Below are positions 41,928 to 51,045 of a stretch of DNA of 64,000 nt, piece after piece (within the stretch, counting starts at the first letter, position 1; each line of letters opens with the position of its first letter). The notes beneath the pieces are model-generated. The model saw nothing but the letters and a program-made list of their open reading frames with translations. It was not told where the DNA came from and searched no databases. This DNA is from Gemmatimonadaceae bacterium (GTDB lineage: Bacteria; Gemmatimonadota; Gemmatimonadetes; Gemmatimonadales; Gemmatimonadaceae): positions 160,001 to 224,000 of the forward strand of contig JBJMOW010000004.1 in assembly GCA_045803545.1 (NCBI GenBank). Direction: 5' to 3'. The translations under genes were made by a program, and so were the position numbers.

Positions 41928-42142
41928 GACTGCGGACTGAAAAGCGCACTACCGCGCTGGTAGCTGTTAGCAGCTACCTGATAGCTATCGCTGCAGGCGA
42001 CGGGACAGGCGTCCTTCGCATTCGCACCCACAACCGGCTTTTCCTCAGGATGGTCGCGACCTGTCCCGTTGCAGGCAGCAATCAGCTAACAGCCTGCTGC
42101 TATCAGCTATCAGCGAGGTAGTTCGCATTTAAGTCCGCAGTC
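41928..42142. repeat. Long imperfect inverted repeat (~82-nt arms, ~50-nt loop)
   Basis: Arms 41928-42009 and 42060-42142 align at about 68/83 positions by manual count. Confidence 0.88.
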
Positions 42143-43572
42143 TAAGTAGACGTGAAGCGCGCCAGCACCATTTTCTCAAGTTCCTTTTTTAGCGGCTCAA
42201 GCTCGATGGTTTCAAGTACGTCGGCAGCAAAGGCGTAGGTGAGCAGAGTGCGCGCGGTATCGCGCCCGATCCCGCGGCTGTTCAGATAAAACATCGCCAC
42301 CTCGTCGAGACGGCCAACGGTTGCGCCGTGGGTGCACTTAACGTCGTCGGCGAAAATCTCCAGCTGCGGTTTGGTGTCGACGCGCGCGCTCGGTGAAAGC
42401 AGAAGGTTGTTGTTGCTCTGCTTGCCGTCGGTCTTCTGCGCTTCCGGGTGGACGTAGACCTTCCCATTGAACACGCCGTGTGAGCGTCCGTCCAGCACTC
42501 CCTTGTACACCTCGTGACTCGGGCAATTCGGTGCGATGTGCTCGATGCTCGTCTGATTGTCGATGTGCTGAGTACCGTCGGTGAGATAAAGACCGTTCAG
42601 CGTGCACGTTGCCGCGTCCCCATCGAGCGAAGTGTAGATGTTCGTGCGCGCCAGCGATCCACCGGTCGCGAATGAGAACGAGTGCAGCCGGCTGTCGCGC
42701 GCTTCGCGCGCCTGCACTGTTCCTACGTGAAAGGCCGTTTCGCTCTCGCGCTGGATTTTATAGTGATCGATGTGCGCGCCGTCGCCGAGCACCATCTCGG
42801 TAACAGCGTTGGTGAAGTACTCGCCGTCGCGCAGCGACACGTAGCTCTCGACGAACACAGCCTGCGAATGCAGGCCCGCCACAATGAGATTGCGAGGATG
42901 CGAGACTCCGTCGCCATCGGAAACGAACAGGAGATGGATCGGCCTGTCGACGATCGCGCCCGGCTGTAGCTCGACGAAGGCTCCGTCGCTGATGAATCCG
43001 GTGTTGAGCGCAGTGAAAGCGTGCTGATCGAACCTGGCAATCTTGCCGAGGTAACGCTCGACGACCTCGGATCCTGACTTGATCGCTTGCGCGAGGCTGG
43101 ACGCGCGCACACCGTCGCCCAACGCAGCGAACGATGAGAGATCTTCGGCGAAGCCGCCGTTGATGAAGACCAGAGTGTGCCAATCACTCTCGCCGAAATT
43201 GAACCGGTCGAGTAGCGACGGCGCGATTCCCGCCGGATTCGTAACATCTCCTTTCCGACGCGCCGCGCCGCGCCGCTCGTTGTCGCCGTTCGCTTCTGAA
43301 ACTGTCGACAATCTGTACGAGCGCTCTGCAATCGGCGCGACGCTGGTAAAGTGCCAGTCTTCGTTTTTCGTCGTGGGGAATCCGAGCGCTTCGAAGCGGG
43401 CGATGCCCTGCTTCCGCAAAGACTGCAGCCACTCCGGGCCGAGGGGCAGACGCGCGAACTCTTCGCGATATGTCTCGATCGAGCCGGGCTTACGCGTGGT
43501 CACACCTTCGGCCTTGGATCCTTCCCTGGCCGAATTCTCACGCGTTGATTTTCTGATTGCTGTCTCAGTCAA
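42142..43572 (-). CDS. sufD: Fe-S cluster assembly protein SufD
   Basis: FPTTKNEDWHFT, FNGKVYV, KTDGKQ, PQLEIFADDVKCTHGATVG, FYLNSRGI; TTG start overlapping the sufC stop assumed. Confidence 0.93.
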   Translation of the reverse strand: MTETAIRKSTRENSAREGSKAEGVTTRKPGSIETYREEFARLPLGPEWLQSLRKQGIARFEALGFPTTKNEDWHFTSVAPIAERSYRLSTVSEANGDNERRGAARRKGDVTNPAGIAPSLLDRFNFGESDWHTLVFINGGFAEDLSSFAALGDGVRASSLAQAIKSGSEVVERYLGKIARFDQHAFTALNTGFISDGAFVELQPGAIVDRPIHLLFVSDGDGVSHPRNLIVAGLHSQAVFVESYVSLRDGEYFTNAVTEMVLGDGAHIDHYKIQRESETAFHVGTVQAREARDSRLHSFSFATGGSLARTNIYTSLDGDAATCTLNGLYLTDGTQHIDNQTSIEHIAPNCPSHEVYKGVLDGRSHGVFNGKVYVHPEAQKTDGKQSNNNLLLSPSARVDTKPQLEIFADDVKCTHGATVGRLDEVAMFYLNSRGIGRDTARTLLTYAFAADVLETIELEPLKKELEKMVLARFTST

Positions 43573-44339
43573 GCCACCGCTCCGGCAGCCGCAGGAGTGG
43601 AGCTCTGAATCCAATCGTAGCCCTTCTCCTCGAGCTCGAGCGCCAGCTCTTTCCCGCCTGACTTGACGATTCTGCCATTGGCGAGAACGTGCACGAAGTC
43701 AGGAACGATGTAGTTGAGCAAACGCTGATAGTGGGTGACCACGATCGTGGCGTTGTCGGGCGAGCGAAGCTTGTTCACGCCCTGCGCGACGATGCGAAGC
43801 GCATCGATGTCGAGGCCTGAATCGGTCTCATCGAGAATCGCGAGTCGCGGCTGGAGAACCGCCATCTGAAATATTTCGTTGCGCTTCTTCTCGCCGCCCG
43901 AGAATCCCTGGTTCACTGAGCGTGACAGCATCGACTCGTCCATGTCGACGAGCTTCAGTCTGTCCTGAACGAGATCGAGAAACTCCAGCGGATCAACTTC
44001 CTCCTGGCCGTTGGCTTTGCGAATCTCGTTGTACGCGCTGCGCAGGAAGTAGGCGTTGGAAACGCCGGGGATTTCAACCGGATACTGAAACGCGAGAAAG
44101 ATTCCGTTTTGCGCGCGGACTTCAGGGTCCAGCTCCAGCAGATTCTGGCCGTTATACGTCACGCTACCGCCAGTTACTTCGTACGAAGGATTCCCCGCGA
44201 GAACCTGTGCAAGCGTGGATTTGCCGGATCCGTTCGGCCCCATCACTGCATGCACCTCGCCCGCATTCACTCGTAGCGTAATGCCGCGAAGTATTTCACG
44301 ATCGCCGATGCCGGCGTGAAGATCATTTATTACGAGCAC
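43569..44339 (-). CDS. sufC: Fe-S cluster assembly ATPase SufC
   Basis: GPNGSGKST, FQYPVEIPGV, FSGGEKKRNE, LDETDSGLDIDA. Confidence 0.96.
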   Translation of the reverse strand: MLVINDLHAGIGDREILRGITLRVNAGEVHAVMGPNGSGKSTLAQVLAGNPSYEVTGGSVTYNGQNLLELDPEVRAQNGIFLAFQYPVEIPGVSNAYFLRSAYNEIRKANGQEEVDPLEFLDLVQDRLKLVDMDESMLSRSVNQGFSGGEKKRNEIFQMAVLQPRLAILDETDSGLDIDALRIVAQGVNKLRSPDNATIVVTHYQRLLNYIVPDFVHVLANGRIVKSGGKELALELEEKGYDWIQSSTPAAAGAVA

Positions 44340-44519
44340 GAAACCATTGATTGAAAGTTGTCTGAATCGCGTAAATCGCCTGGCTGAACAACGTCCAGTT
44401 TGCCGTGAAAGGATATCCCGGGGTGCGTGGGCCGGACCGCAGCCAGTTCCACCCAGCAGAGAGTTTGTCGCGGAGCTTTCTGAGCAGCATTAGCCGGGGT
44501 TGGCGGAATTGCGTTGATC

Positions 44520-45956
44520 TTAACCGACGCTTCCTTCGAGTGTGATACCAAGCAGCTGCTGCGCCTCCACCGCGAACTCCATCGGCAGCTCCTTGAACAC
44601 TTCGCGACAGAAACCGCTCACAATCATCGACACCGCATGCTCGGCGCTCAGTCCGCGCTGCTTCAGATAGAAGATCTGATCCTCACCGATCTTTGAAGTC
44701 GACGCCTCATGTTCGAGCGTCGCCGAATTGTTCTGCACTTCGATGTACGGAAACGTATGCGCACCGCACTTGTTGCCGATCAACATCGAGTCGCACTGTG
44801 TGTAGTTTCGCGCGCCGGCCGCCTTCGGCAAAACGCGAACGAGTCCGCGATAGCTGTTGTTTCCTTCTCCGGCGGAGATTCCCTTCGAAACGATCGTCGA
44901 CTTCGTGTTTCTGCCGATGTGGATCATCTTGGTGCCGGTGTCAGCCTGCTGCTTACGGTTCACGACGGCGACCGAGTAGAACTCCCCAGTTGAATTGTCG
45001 CCCTGAAGGATCACGCTCGGATATTTCCAGGTGATGGCTGATCCTGTCTCGACCTGCGTCCAGGAAATCTTCGAGTTGACACCAGCGGCTTTGCCACGCT
45101 TGGTAACGAAATTGTAGATGCCTCCTTTGCCCTCTGCATCACCGGCGTACCAGTTCTGCACCGTCGAGTACTTCACGGTCGCGTTGTCGAGTGCGATCAA
45201 CTCCACGACCGCGGCATGCAGCTGGTTTTCGTCACGCTTGGGTGCCGTGCATCCCTCGAGGTAGCTAACTGACGCGCCTTCGTCGGCGATGATCAGTGTC
45301 CGCTCGAACTGTCCGGTGTTCTTACTGTTGATACGGAAGTAAGTCGACAGCTCCATCGGGCACTTCACGCCCTTTGGCACATACCCGAACGAACCGTCGC
45401 TGAACACCGCCGCGTTGAGGGCCGCGAAGAAGTTGTCGCTGTGCGGCACGACCGTGCCGAGATATTTCTCGACCAGGTCCGGGTGATTCTGGACCGCTTC
45501 CCCGAATGAGCAGAAGATGATGCCGAGCTTCCCCAGCTCATGTTTCATCGTGGTGCCGACAGAGACGCTGTCGAAAATCGCATCGACCGCGACACCAGCG
45601 AGCATTTTCTGCTCGTTGAGCGAGATACCGAGCTTCTGATAGGTCTTCAGCAGCTCCGGATCTACTTCGTCGAGACTCTGTAGCGGCTTGACGCTCTTCG
45701 GCGCCGAGTAGTAGACGAGGGCATTGTAGTCGATCGCGGGATACTGGACGTTGCCCCAGTGCGGCTCCTTCATCGTCAGCCAGCGACGATACGCCTTTAG
45801 CCGCCACTCCAGCATGAACGCGGGCTCGTTCTTCTTCGAGGAGATGGTGCGGATGATGTCTTCGTTGAGGCCGGGCGGGACAGTGTCCGTCTCGACGTCG
45901 GTGACGAACCCGTACGCGTATTCCCGATTGACCAGCGCCTCAATTCCCGAACTCAT
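44520..45956 (-). CDS. sufB: Fe-S cluster assembly protein SufB
   Basis: [39 protein letters not shown]. Confidence 0.96.
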   Translation of the reverse strand: MSSGIEALVNREYAYGFVTDVETDTVPPGLNEDIIRTISSKKNEPAFMLEWRLKAYRRWLTMKEPHWGNVQYPAIDYNALVYYSAPKSVKPLQSLDEVDPELLKTYQKLGISLNEQKMLAGVAVDAIFDSVSVGTTMKHELGKLGIIFCSFGEAVQNHPDLVEKYLGTVVPHSDNFFAALNAAVFSDGSFGYVPKGVKCPMELSTYFRINSKNTGQFERTLIIADEGASVSYLEGCTAPKRDENQLHAAVVELIALDNATVKYSTVQNWYAGDAEGKGGIYNFVTKRGKAAGVNSKISWTQVETGSAITWKYPSVILQGDNSTGEFYSVAVVNRKQQADTGTKMIHIGRNTKSTIVSKGISAGEGNNSYRGLVRVLPKAAGARNYTQCDSMLIGNKCGAHTFPYIEVQNNSATLEHEASTSKIGEDQIFYLKQRGLSAEHAVSMIVSGFCREVFKELPMEFAVEAQQLLGITLEGSVG

Positions 45957-45988
45957 TCCAACTCCTTGGCGTTTCTCAACTTCCCTTC

Positions 45989-46026
45989 TTAGATTCAATC
46001 TAAAGTAATCCTGTCGGGATAGTCAA
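45989..46026 (-). promoter_or_regulatory. Putative sufB promoter overlapped by a palindrome
   Basis: Minus strand TTGACT-N18-TAGATT; palindrome TTAGATT-C-AATCTAA (45989-46003) covers the -10. Confidence 0.5.
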
Positions 46027-46123
46027 GCGAACGGCTGTGTATCTATCCCCTTGTCTTGTCAATACTTACGCGACATGAGGCAAGCGGCCGCCCAGTTGGC
46101 CGGACACAATCTAGAGGCACCGA

Positions 46124-46531
46124 ATGACTGGCTCCGCGCGACCTCTTTGGGGGTCGATGGATGGCAATTCCGAGTTTGAGGCCGTGGCTTCGTTGAGTGA
46201 TCTGGCGGAGGGAACGGTTTTACAACGGGTGCGATCGAGTGGTGACGCAGTCTGCCTCGTTCGCTTTCAGAACGAAATTTCCGCTCTGAGCGACATCTGC
46301 ACTCATCAGCATTTTTCAATGTCGCTTGGCGACTTGCTCGCGAATGGCACGCTGCAATGCGCATGGCACGGCGCGAGTTACGACTGCCGGACCGGTGAAG
46401 TGAAGCAGGTTCCGGCCACCAGTCCGCTGCCGGTGTTCCAGGTGCGTGTCGAAGGCGATCAGATAATGGTCGGTCCGCGCTGCAAGCGCGTCGACGGGAA
46501 GTACGAGCCATCAACTGTACGCGTTCCGTGA
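46124..46531 (+). CDS. Rieske-type [2Fe-2S] ferredoxin
   Basis: CTHQ...CAWHG; start 46124 or 46157. Confidence 0.85.
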   Translation: MTGSARPLWGSMDGNSEFEAVASLSDLAEGTVLQRVRSSGDAVCLVRFQNEISALSDICTHQHFSMSLGDLLANGTLQCAWHGASYDCRTGEVKQVPATSPLPVFQVRVEGDQIMVGPRCKRVDGKYEPSTVRVP

Positions 46532-47742
46532 ACCTCCGCTCAGACTTTCCCATCCTCGCGCGAAATCCCGATCTCCATTACCTGGATTCGGCGGCGACAT
46601 CGCAGAAGCCGCAGGTTGTGCTCGATGCGCTTCGGGAGTTTTACGAAACGTCGAACGCCAATCCGCATCGCGGCGCGTACTCACTCTCGGTGCGCGCGAC
46701 CGAGCTCTATCATCAGTCGCGAGCGCTGATCGCCGAGTTCCTTGGCGTTCGTGATTCGGATTGTCTGATCTTCACGCGCGGCACAACCGAGGGTCTGAAT
46801 CTCGTCGCCGGCTCATGGGGCTGGGCAAACGTCGGGTCCGGCGACGAGATCGTCGTCACCGCTCTCGATCACCACGCGAACTTTGTCCCGTGGCAGGTGC
46901 TCGCTGCGCGGAAAGGTGCAAAGTTCCGCATTTGCGAGCTCACGCCGGATGAGAGAATCGATCTCGATCACCTGGCAAAACTGGTGAGTGCGCGCACGAA
47001 GGTGGTCGCGTTCAACCATGTGTCCAACGCGGTCGGCACGATCAATCCGGTCACCGATATTGTGCGGATCGCTCGCGAAAACAGCGACGCGATTCTCGTC
47101 TGCGATGGAGCGCAAAGCGCTCCCCACTTTCCGGTTTCGTTCGATTCCCTGGGCGTCGACTTCTATGCGTTCAGCGGCCACAAAATGCTGGGGCCGATGG
47201 GAATCGGCGGCTTGATCGGGACGCGCGCAATGCTGGAGTCGATGCCGCCTTATCAGACTGGCGGAGACATGATCGAGTTCGTTCACGACGATCGCACGAC
47301 CTGGAACGTGTTGCCGCACAAATTCGAGGCGGGAACACCGAATGCCGCCAACGCGGTCGCTCTCGCCGCAGCAGTCGATTATCTCGCGGGGATTGGAATG
47401 GACCGGGTGATCGCACACGAGCGTTCACTAATATCGCGCGCTCAGGAGAGGCTTTCCGCTGTCGAAGGCATTCGTATTTACGGGCCGCCGCCCGCCGAGC
47501 GCAGTGGAGTCGTCAGCTTTACGATGAACGATGTCCATCCGCACGACCTTGCGACGGTTCTCGATGGCGAGGGCGTCTGCATTCGCGCGGGACATCACTG
47601 TGCACAGCCACTCATGCGTCGCCTCGACGTGCCGGCGACGGCGCGCGCGTCATTCTACGTATACAACGATGAGAGCGACATCGACGCACTCGTTGCTGGC
47701 ATGCTCAAGGCGCGCGAGATCTTTTCTTATGCCGCGTCCTGA
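46528..47742 (+). CDS. sufS: Cysteine desulfurase
   Basis: YLDSAATSQKP, FSGHKMLGP, FEAGTP, RAGHHCAQP. Confidence 0.94.
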   Translation: MNLRSDFPILARNPDLHYLDSAATSQKPQVVLDALREFYETSNANPHRGAYSLSVRATELYHQSRALIAEFLGVRDSDCLIFTRGTTEGLNLVAGSWGWANVGSGDEIVVTALDHHANFVPWQVLAARKGAKFRICELTPDERIDLDHLAKLVSARTKVVAFNHVSNAVGTINPVTDIVRIARENSDAILVCDGAQSAPHFPVSFDSLGVDFYAFSGHKMLGPMGIGGLIGTRAMLESMPPYQTGGDMIEFVHDDRTTWNVLPHKFEAGTPNAANAVALAAAVDYLAGIGMDRVIAHERSLISRAQERLSAVEGIRIYGPPPAERSGVVSFTMNDVHPHDLATVLDGEGVCIRAGHHCAQPLMRRLDVPATARASFYVYNDESDIDALVAGMLKAREIFSYAAS

Positions 47743-48172
47743 TTCCGCCGAGCTTTCGGCGCTGTACCAGGAGATGATCCTGGATCATTACCGGCGGCCG
47801 CGCAACAAAGGCACAATGGAGAACGCTGACGCCAGCGTGGAGATGAAGAACCCGCTTTGCGGGGACGAGATCGGATTGCAGGTCGTGTTCGACGGCGATC
47901 AGATCAGCGATGTGAAGTTCTCAGGACGCGGCTGCTCGATCTCCCAGGCGTCCGCCTCGATGATGACGCAACTGCTCAAGGGCAAGACACGTGCGGAGAT
48001 TGAATCCATTCGCACGCAATTTCGCGAGCTGATGCTTGGAACTACGAAGGCGAGTGACGATCTCGGGCCTTTGCGTGCGCTCTCTGGAGTCGCGCGGTTT
48101 CCAGCGCGTGTGAAATGCGCCCTCCTGGCGTGGAACGCCCTGGAGAGAGCGCTGTCAGCGAATCAAAGCTGA
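47729..48172 (+). CDS. sufU: SUF system sulfur-transfer protein (NifU/SufU family)
   Basis: LYQEMILDHY, NPLCGD, GCSISQASAS, RVKCALLAW. Confidence 0.92.
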   Translation: MPRPDSAELSALYQEMILDHYRRPRNKGTMENADASVEMKNPLCGDEIGLQVVFDGDQISDVKFSGRGCSISQASASMMTQLLKGKTRAEIESIRTQFRELMLGTTKASDDLGPLRALSGVARFPARVKCALLAWNALERALSANQS

Positions 48173-48241
48173 GGCTCTAGCGACCTTTTGACCGTCGGCG
48201 AAGTCAGCGGCATCCAATTGGACAACATCGGTGGAGTACGG

Positions 48242-48643
48242 ATGACAAACACAAGACTGCTGTTCGCACTGACCTGTCTGAATCTCGTTCTGCTAACCGC
48301 ATTGCTGATCGAGCGGGTCCAGCCTGCATTCGCGAAGCCGACCGTGTCGCCGGTACTTCGCGGCAGTGCACTAGAGATAGTAGACGCGCAGGGTCGCACG
48401 CGCGCTCAGCTCGGCGTCTTTCCGCCGTCGACCGTCGGGGGGAAGAACTATCCGGAGACTGTCCTATTCAGATTGATCGACCCGCAGAGTGGCCCGGTTG
48501 TGAAAATCGGCGCGGGGAGTAACGGTGGTGCGATCGGTTTAACTGACGGCGCGGATCGCGGCGTACAGATCTTCGCCCACGACACCGGAAGTCTGGTGCG
48601 AATTGTAGATCGAAGCGGTCGCGAGAAAATCATGAGACCCTAG
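48242..48643 (+). CDS. Hypothetical exported protein
   Basis: N-terminal TM; LEIVDAQGRTRAQL motif. Confidence 0.6.
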   Translation: MTNTRLLFALTCLNLVLLTALLIERVQPAFAKPTVSPVLRGSALEIVDAQGRTRAQLGVFPPSTVGGKNYPETVLFRLIDPQSGPVVKIGAGSNGGAIGLTDGADRGVQIFAHDTGSLVRIVDRSGREKIMRP

Positions 48644-48794
48644 CAAGACCGCCCTTCGCGAGACGCGCGTTATTGTGGTGTCGGCCAAAGCCGGCCATCA
48701 TCTCATAGGTTACTCGAACGTCAGCGGATACGCTGTTGGACACGATTAGCTTGGACATCTTCATTTCTCTTTCGCAGTCTGACGAGGCCATAGC

Positions 48795-49238
48795 ATGAAG
48801 TTTCTGGTCATCATTTACAACGATCCGGCAATGCTCGACGCGATGCCGCAGCAGGAATTCGACGAAACCATGCGCGGATGCATCGAGCACGCCGACGAGC
48901 TGAAAACCAAGGGCAGTCTAATTGAGTCACAGCAGCTCGAGAATCCGAAGACGGCTAAGACGCTCCGTCGCCGCAACAGCCGTCTGACTATCACCGACGG
49001 TCCCTTTGCCGAAACCAAAGAGATTCTCGCCGGGTTCAATCTGATCGAAGCCGAGGACATGGACGAAGCTGTTCGCATCGCCTCCGAATTTCCGTGGGCT
49101 GAAACTGGCTCGATAGAAGTGCGACCGATTCGCGATTTCGAGGCCGTGCGTGACCGTGTTGGCGCATCGCGGGAAAAGGAGGGCGGGAAGCGGGAAGCGA
49201 AAACGTCACGATCAGCGCAAAGGGAGGCAGTGAAATGA
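48795..49238 (+). CDS. YciI/DGPF family protein
   Basis: TDGPFAETKEILAGF, GSIEVRP. Confidence 0.88.
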   Translation: MKFLVIIYNDPAMLDAMPQQEFDETMRGCIEHADELKTKGSLIESQQLENPKTAKTLRRRNSRLTITDGPFAETKEILAGFNLIEAEDMDEAVRIASEFPWAETGSIEVRPIRDFEAVRDRVGASREKEGGKREAKTSRSAQREAVK

Positions 49239-49423
49239 AAGCGTACTTAATCACCACCGGTGTCGTTTTCGGGCTGCTGACAATCATTCACCTGTGGCAG
49301 ATGTTTTCGGAGACAGGCCTTCACGGCAACCGGGATCCATGGTTCGTCGTCATCACACTGCTCTCGGCAGGCTTCTGCATCTGGGCCTTCCAGCTACTAC
49401 GGAAGACGTCACGCACGACGTGA
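49235..49423 (+). CDS. Small 2-TM membrane protein
   Basis: ATGA overlap with the upstream stop, GGAGG RBS, two hydrophobic helices. Confidence 0.6.
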   Translation: MKAYLITTGVVFGLLTIIHLWQMFSETGLHGNRDPWFVVITLLSAGFCIWAFQLLRKTSRTT

Positions 49424-50674
49424 GCGGTCGATAAGCTCGACGATCTCCTGCCGTCGAAAAAAGGTCGCCCAGCCATGCGCATCGCTGTCGTGCGCGCTGT
49501 CGCGAATGGTGGAGTCCGCGCCCGCCTCGAGCAGTGCGCGCGCGACATCGACGTGACCTGACAGCACGGCCAGATGTAGAGGAGTAAGCATCGAACCCCA
49601 GTGATTCCAGAGCCCGTCTGGATTCGCACCTCGGGTCAGGAGCCATCTGACAGCGGCGATGTTTCCACGTTTGGCCATCAGATGCAGTACGCCGTCCCTG
49701 TTGAGCGTTGACGGGTCGCTTTCCAGGATCTCCGCGGCAGCCTGTAGATCCCCGAGCCCGAGTGCCACGGTCAAGGTCGGTCCGACTCGCTCACGCATTG
49801 CCCTCAGTACCGGAGCGTCGACGTCGGGCTCGGTTGCATAGGCGACGGCTGTGAAACCGGATGCATCGGTCGCCAATGGATCTGCTCCAAGCTCCAGCAG
49901 TAACTCAATCATCCCTCGCAGCTGTGCGTGGACGGCAAAATGGAGCGGCAGCCGAAAATTTTCGTTGTGGCTCTGCGGCCGTCTGAGTTGCGCCGGGTCG
50001 TGCGCAACGATGCGACGAACTTCATCCGCATCGTTCAGCGCCATCGCCGAGTAGATATGGTGACGTGCGCCCCGACTGACGAGGAAGTCGGCGATCGCGC
50101 GACGCGCGGCATTGTCGACGACTTCCCAACCCGTTGCCCAGCCAATCACCTGGAGCGCGTGATCGTCGCCCTCACCGATGACGTCGCCGCCGGCGTCAGC
50201 GAGTCTCCGCACTATCTCGAAATGACCCGCCGCCGCCGCCCAATGCATCGCGTAGGTATTGTCGCCTTTTTCTCGGGTGTTCGGATCGAGCCCGCGATCG
50301 AGCAGTAGGTCAACGACATCGAGGTGACCGTTGTGTGCGCCGACGTGAAGCAGAGTGTGCTCGTAAGGCTGGTTGCGCGCGTAGAGCTTTTCGGGATGCG
50401 CCTCGAGCAGCGAGCGCAGCTTGTCCGCGTCGCCGCTGCGCGCGGCAGCGAACAGCTGGCCATCCAGAGTCAGGGAATCGACATGCGCTTTCAGAGCGCG
50501 CCAACTGGGAAAGCCATACCGGCGTGCTACGTCGAGTTGGGCTTCGGCCAGTTTTGCCCTGGAGCTCGTTTTACGAATCTCTTGCAGGCGTTGCTTCGCC
50601 TGCTTGCGAAGCCATTCGAGATTCGGCGTGGCCGGCAAGCTGAGCGCGCCGGACTCGGAGGTCTGCTCGGACAT
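49409..50674 (-). CDS. Ankyrin repeat protein with a small helical N-terminal domain
   Basis: TLLHVGAHNGH, AMHWAAAAGH, PLHFAV, TPLHLAVLSGH; N-terminal PNLEWLRKQAK...AQLDVARRYGFPSWRAL. Confidence 0.85.
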   Translation of the reverse strand: MSEQTSESGALSLPATPNLEWLRKQAKQRLQEIRKTSSRAKLAEAQLDVARRYGFPSWRALKAHVDSLTLDGQLFAAARSGDADKLRSLLEAHPEKLYARNQPYEHTLLHVGAHNGHLDVVDLLLDRGLDPNTREKGDNTYAMHWAAAAGHFEIVRRLADAGGDVIGEGDDHALQVIGWATGWEVVDNAARRAIADFLVSRGARHHIYSAMALNDADEVRRIVAHDPAQLRRPQSHNENFRLPLHFAVHAQLRGMIELLLELGADPLATDASGFTAVAYATEPDVDAPVLRAMRERVGPTLTVALGLGDLQAAAEILESDPSTLNRDGVLHLMAKRGNIAAVRWLLTRGANPDGLWNHWGSMLTPLHLAVLSGHVDVARALLEAGADSTIRDSAHDSDAHGWATFFRRQEIVELIDRSRRA

Positions 50675-50815
50675 AGGGCACCTTCTTTCCTTTGAAAGAG
50701 CGAGCTCTTTCGTCGCGCCCGATGTCCGCATTGCGGGCGAGGAATGAAGGTAATGGCGATAAACTGTAGAAGTGGGTTGAACCCTTTACGCGGACCGTCG
50801 GCCGCCCCTCGGCCC
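50675..50815 (-). promoter_or_regulatory. Putative structured cis-regulatory 5' leader of the ankyrin gene
   Basis: Several complementary segments, a possible pseudoknot and anti-SD pairing (see findings). Confidence 0.55.
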
Positions 50816-50889
50816 TGACCGAATCTGAGTTCAGCTAGCGCCGATGGCAACCAGCCTTGACGGCGAAAACCAGACACTACATCGTGAAG

Positions 50890-51045
50890 GCGGCGTCGAA
50901 TCCGCGCCCAACCTCTTGAGACTCCGCCCGGCCGGAGTCCGTAGCGAGGCAAAGGGGGGCAAACTCCCGGATTGATCGTCAGTCCTTTGCGTCACCGCGG
51001 CGCGCTGCTGGGAGAGCACCGTGGTGTGTCCAAAGGAGATTGACG
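50890..51045 (+). promoter_or_regulatory. Putative structured cis-regulatory 5' leader of the 51046 gene
   Basis: Several hairpins and a mutually exclusive anti-SD pairing (see findings). Confidence 0.5.

Noticed and set aside
42010..42059. Hammerhead-like CUGAGGA on the minus strand in the loop of the long hairpin; also considered SRP RNA and 6S RNA
   Set aside because: There is no correctly placed GAAA with stems II and III, no SRP domain IV motif, and no large central bubble typical of 6S RNA.
44330..44551. 73-aa ORF between sufB and sufC
   Set aside because: Its start lies inside sufB, with no RBS or recognisable motif; not called as a CDS.
50774..50904. tRNA T-arm-like strings (GGGTTCAACCC on minus, GTCGAATCC on plus) as tRNA genes or att sites
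   Set aside because: No acceptor, D or anticodon arms, no CCA end and no integrase; treated as parts of the putative leaders.
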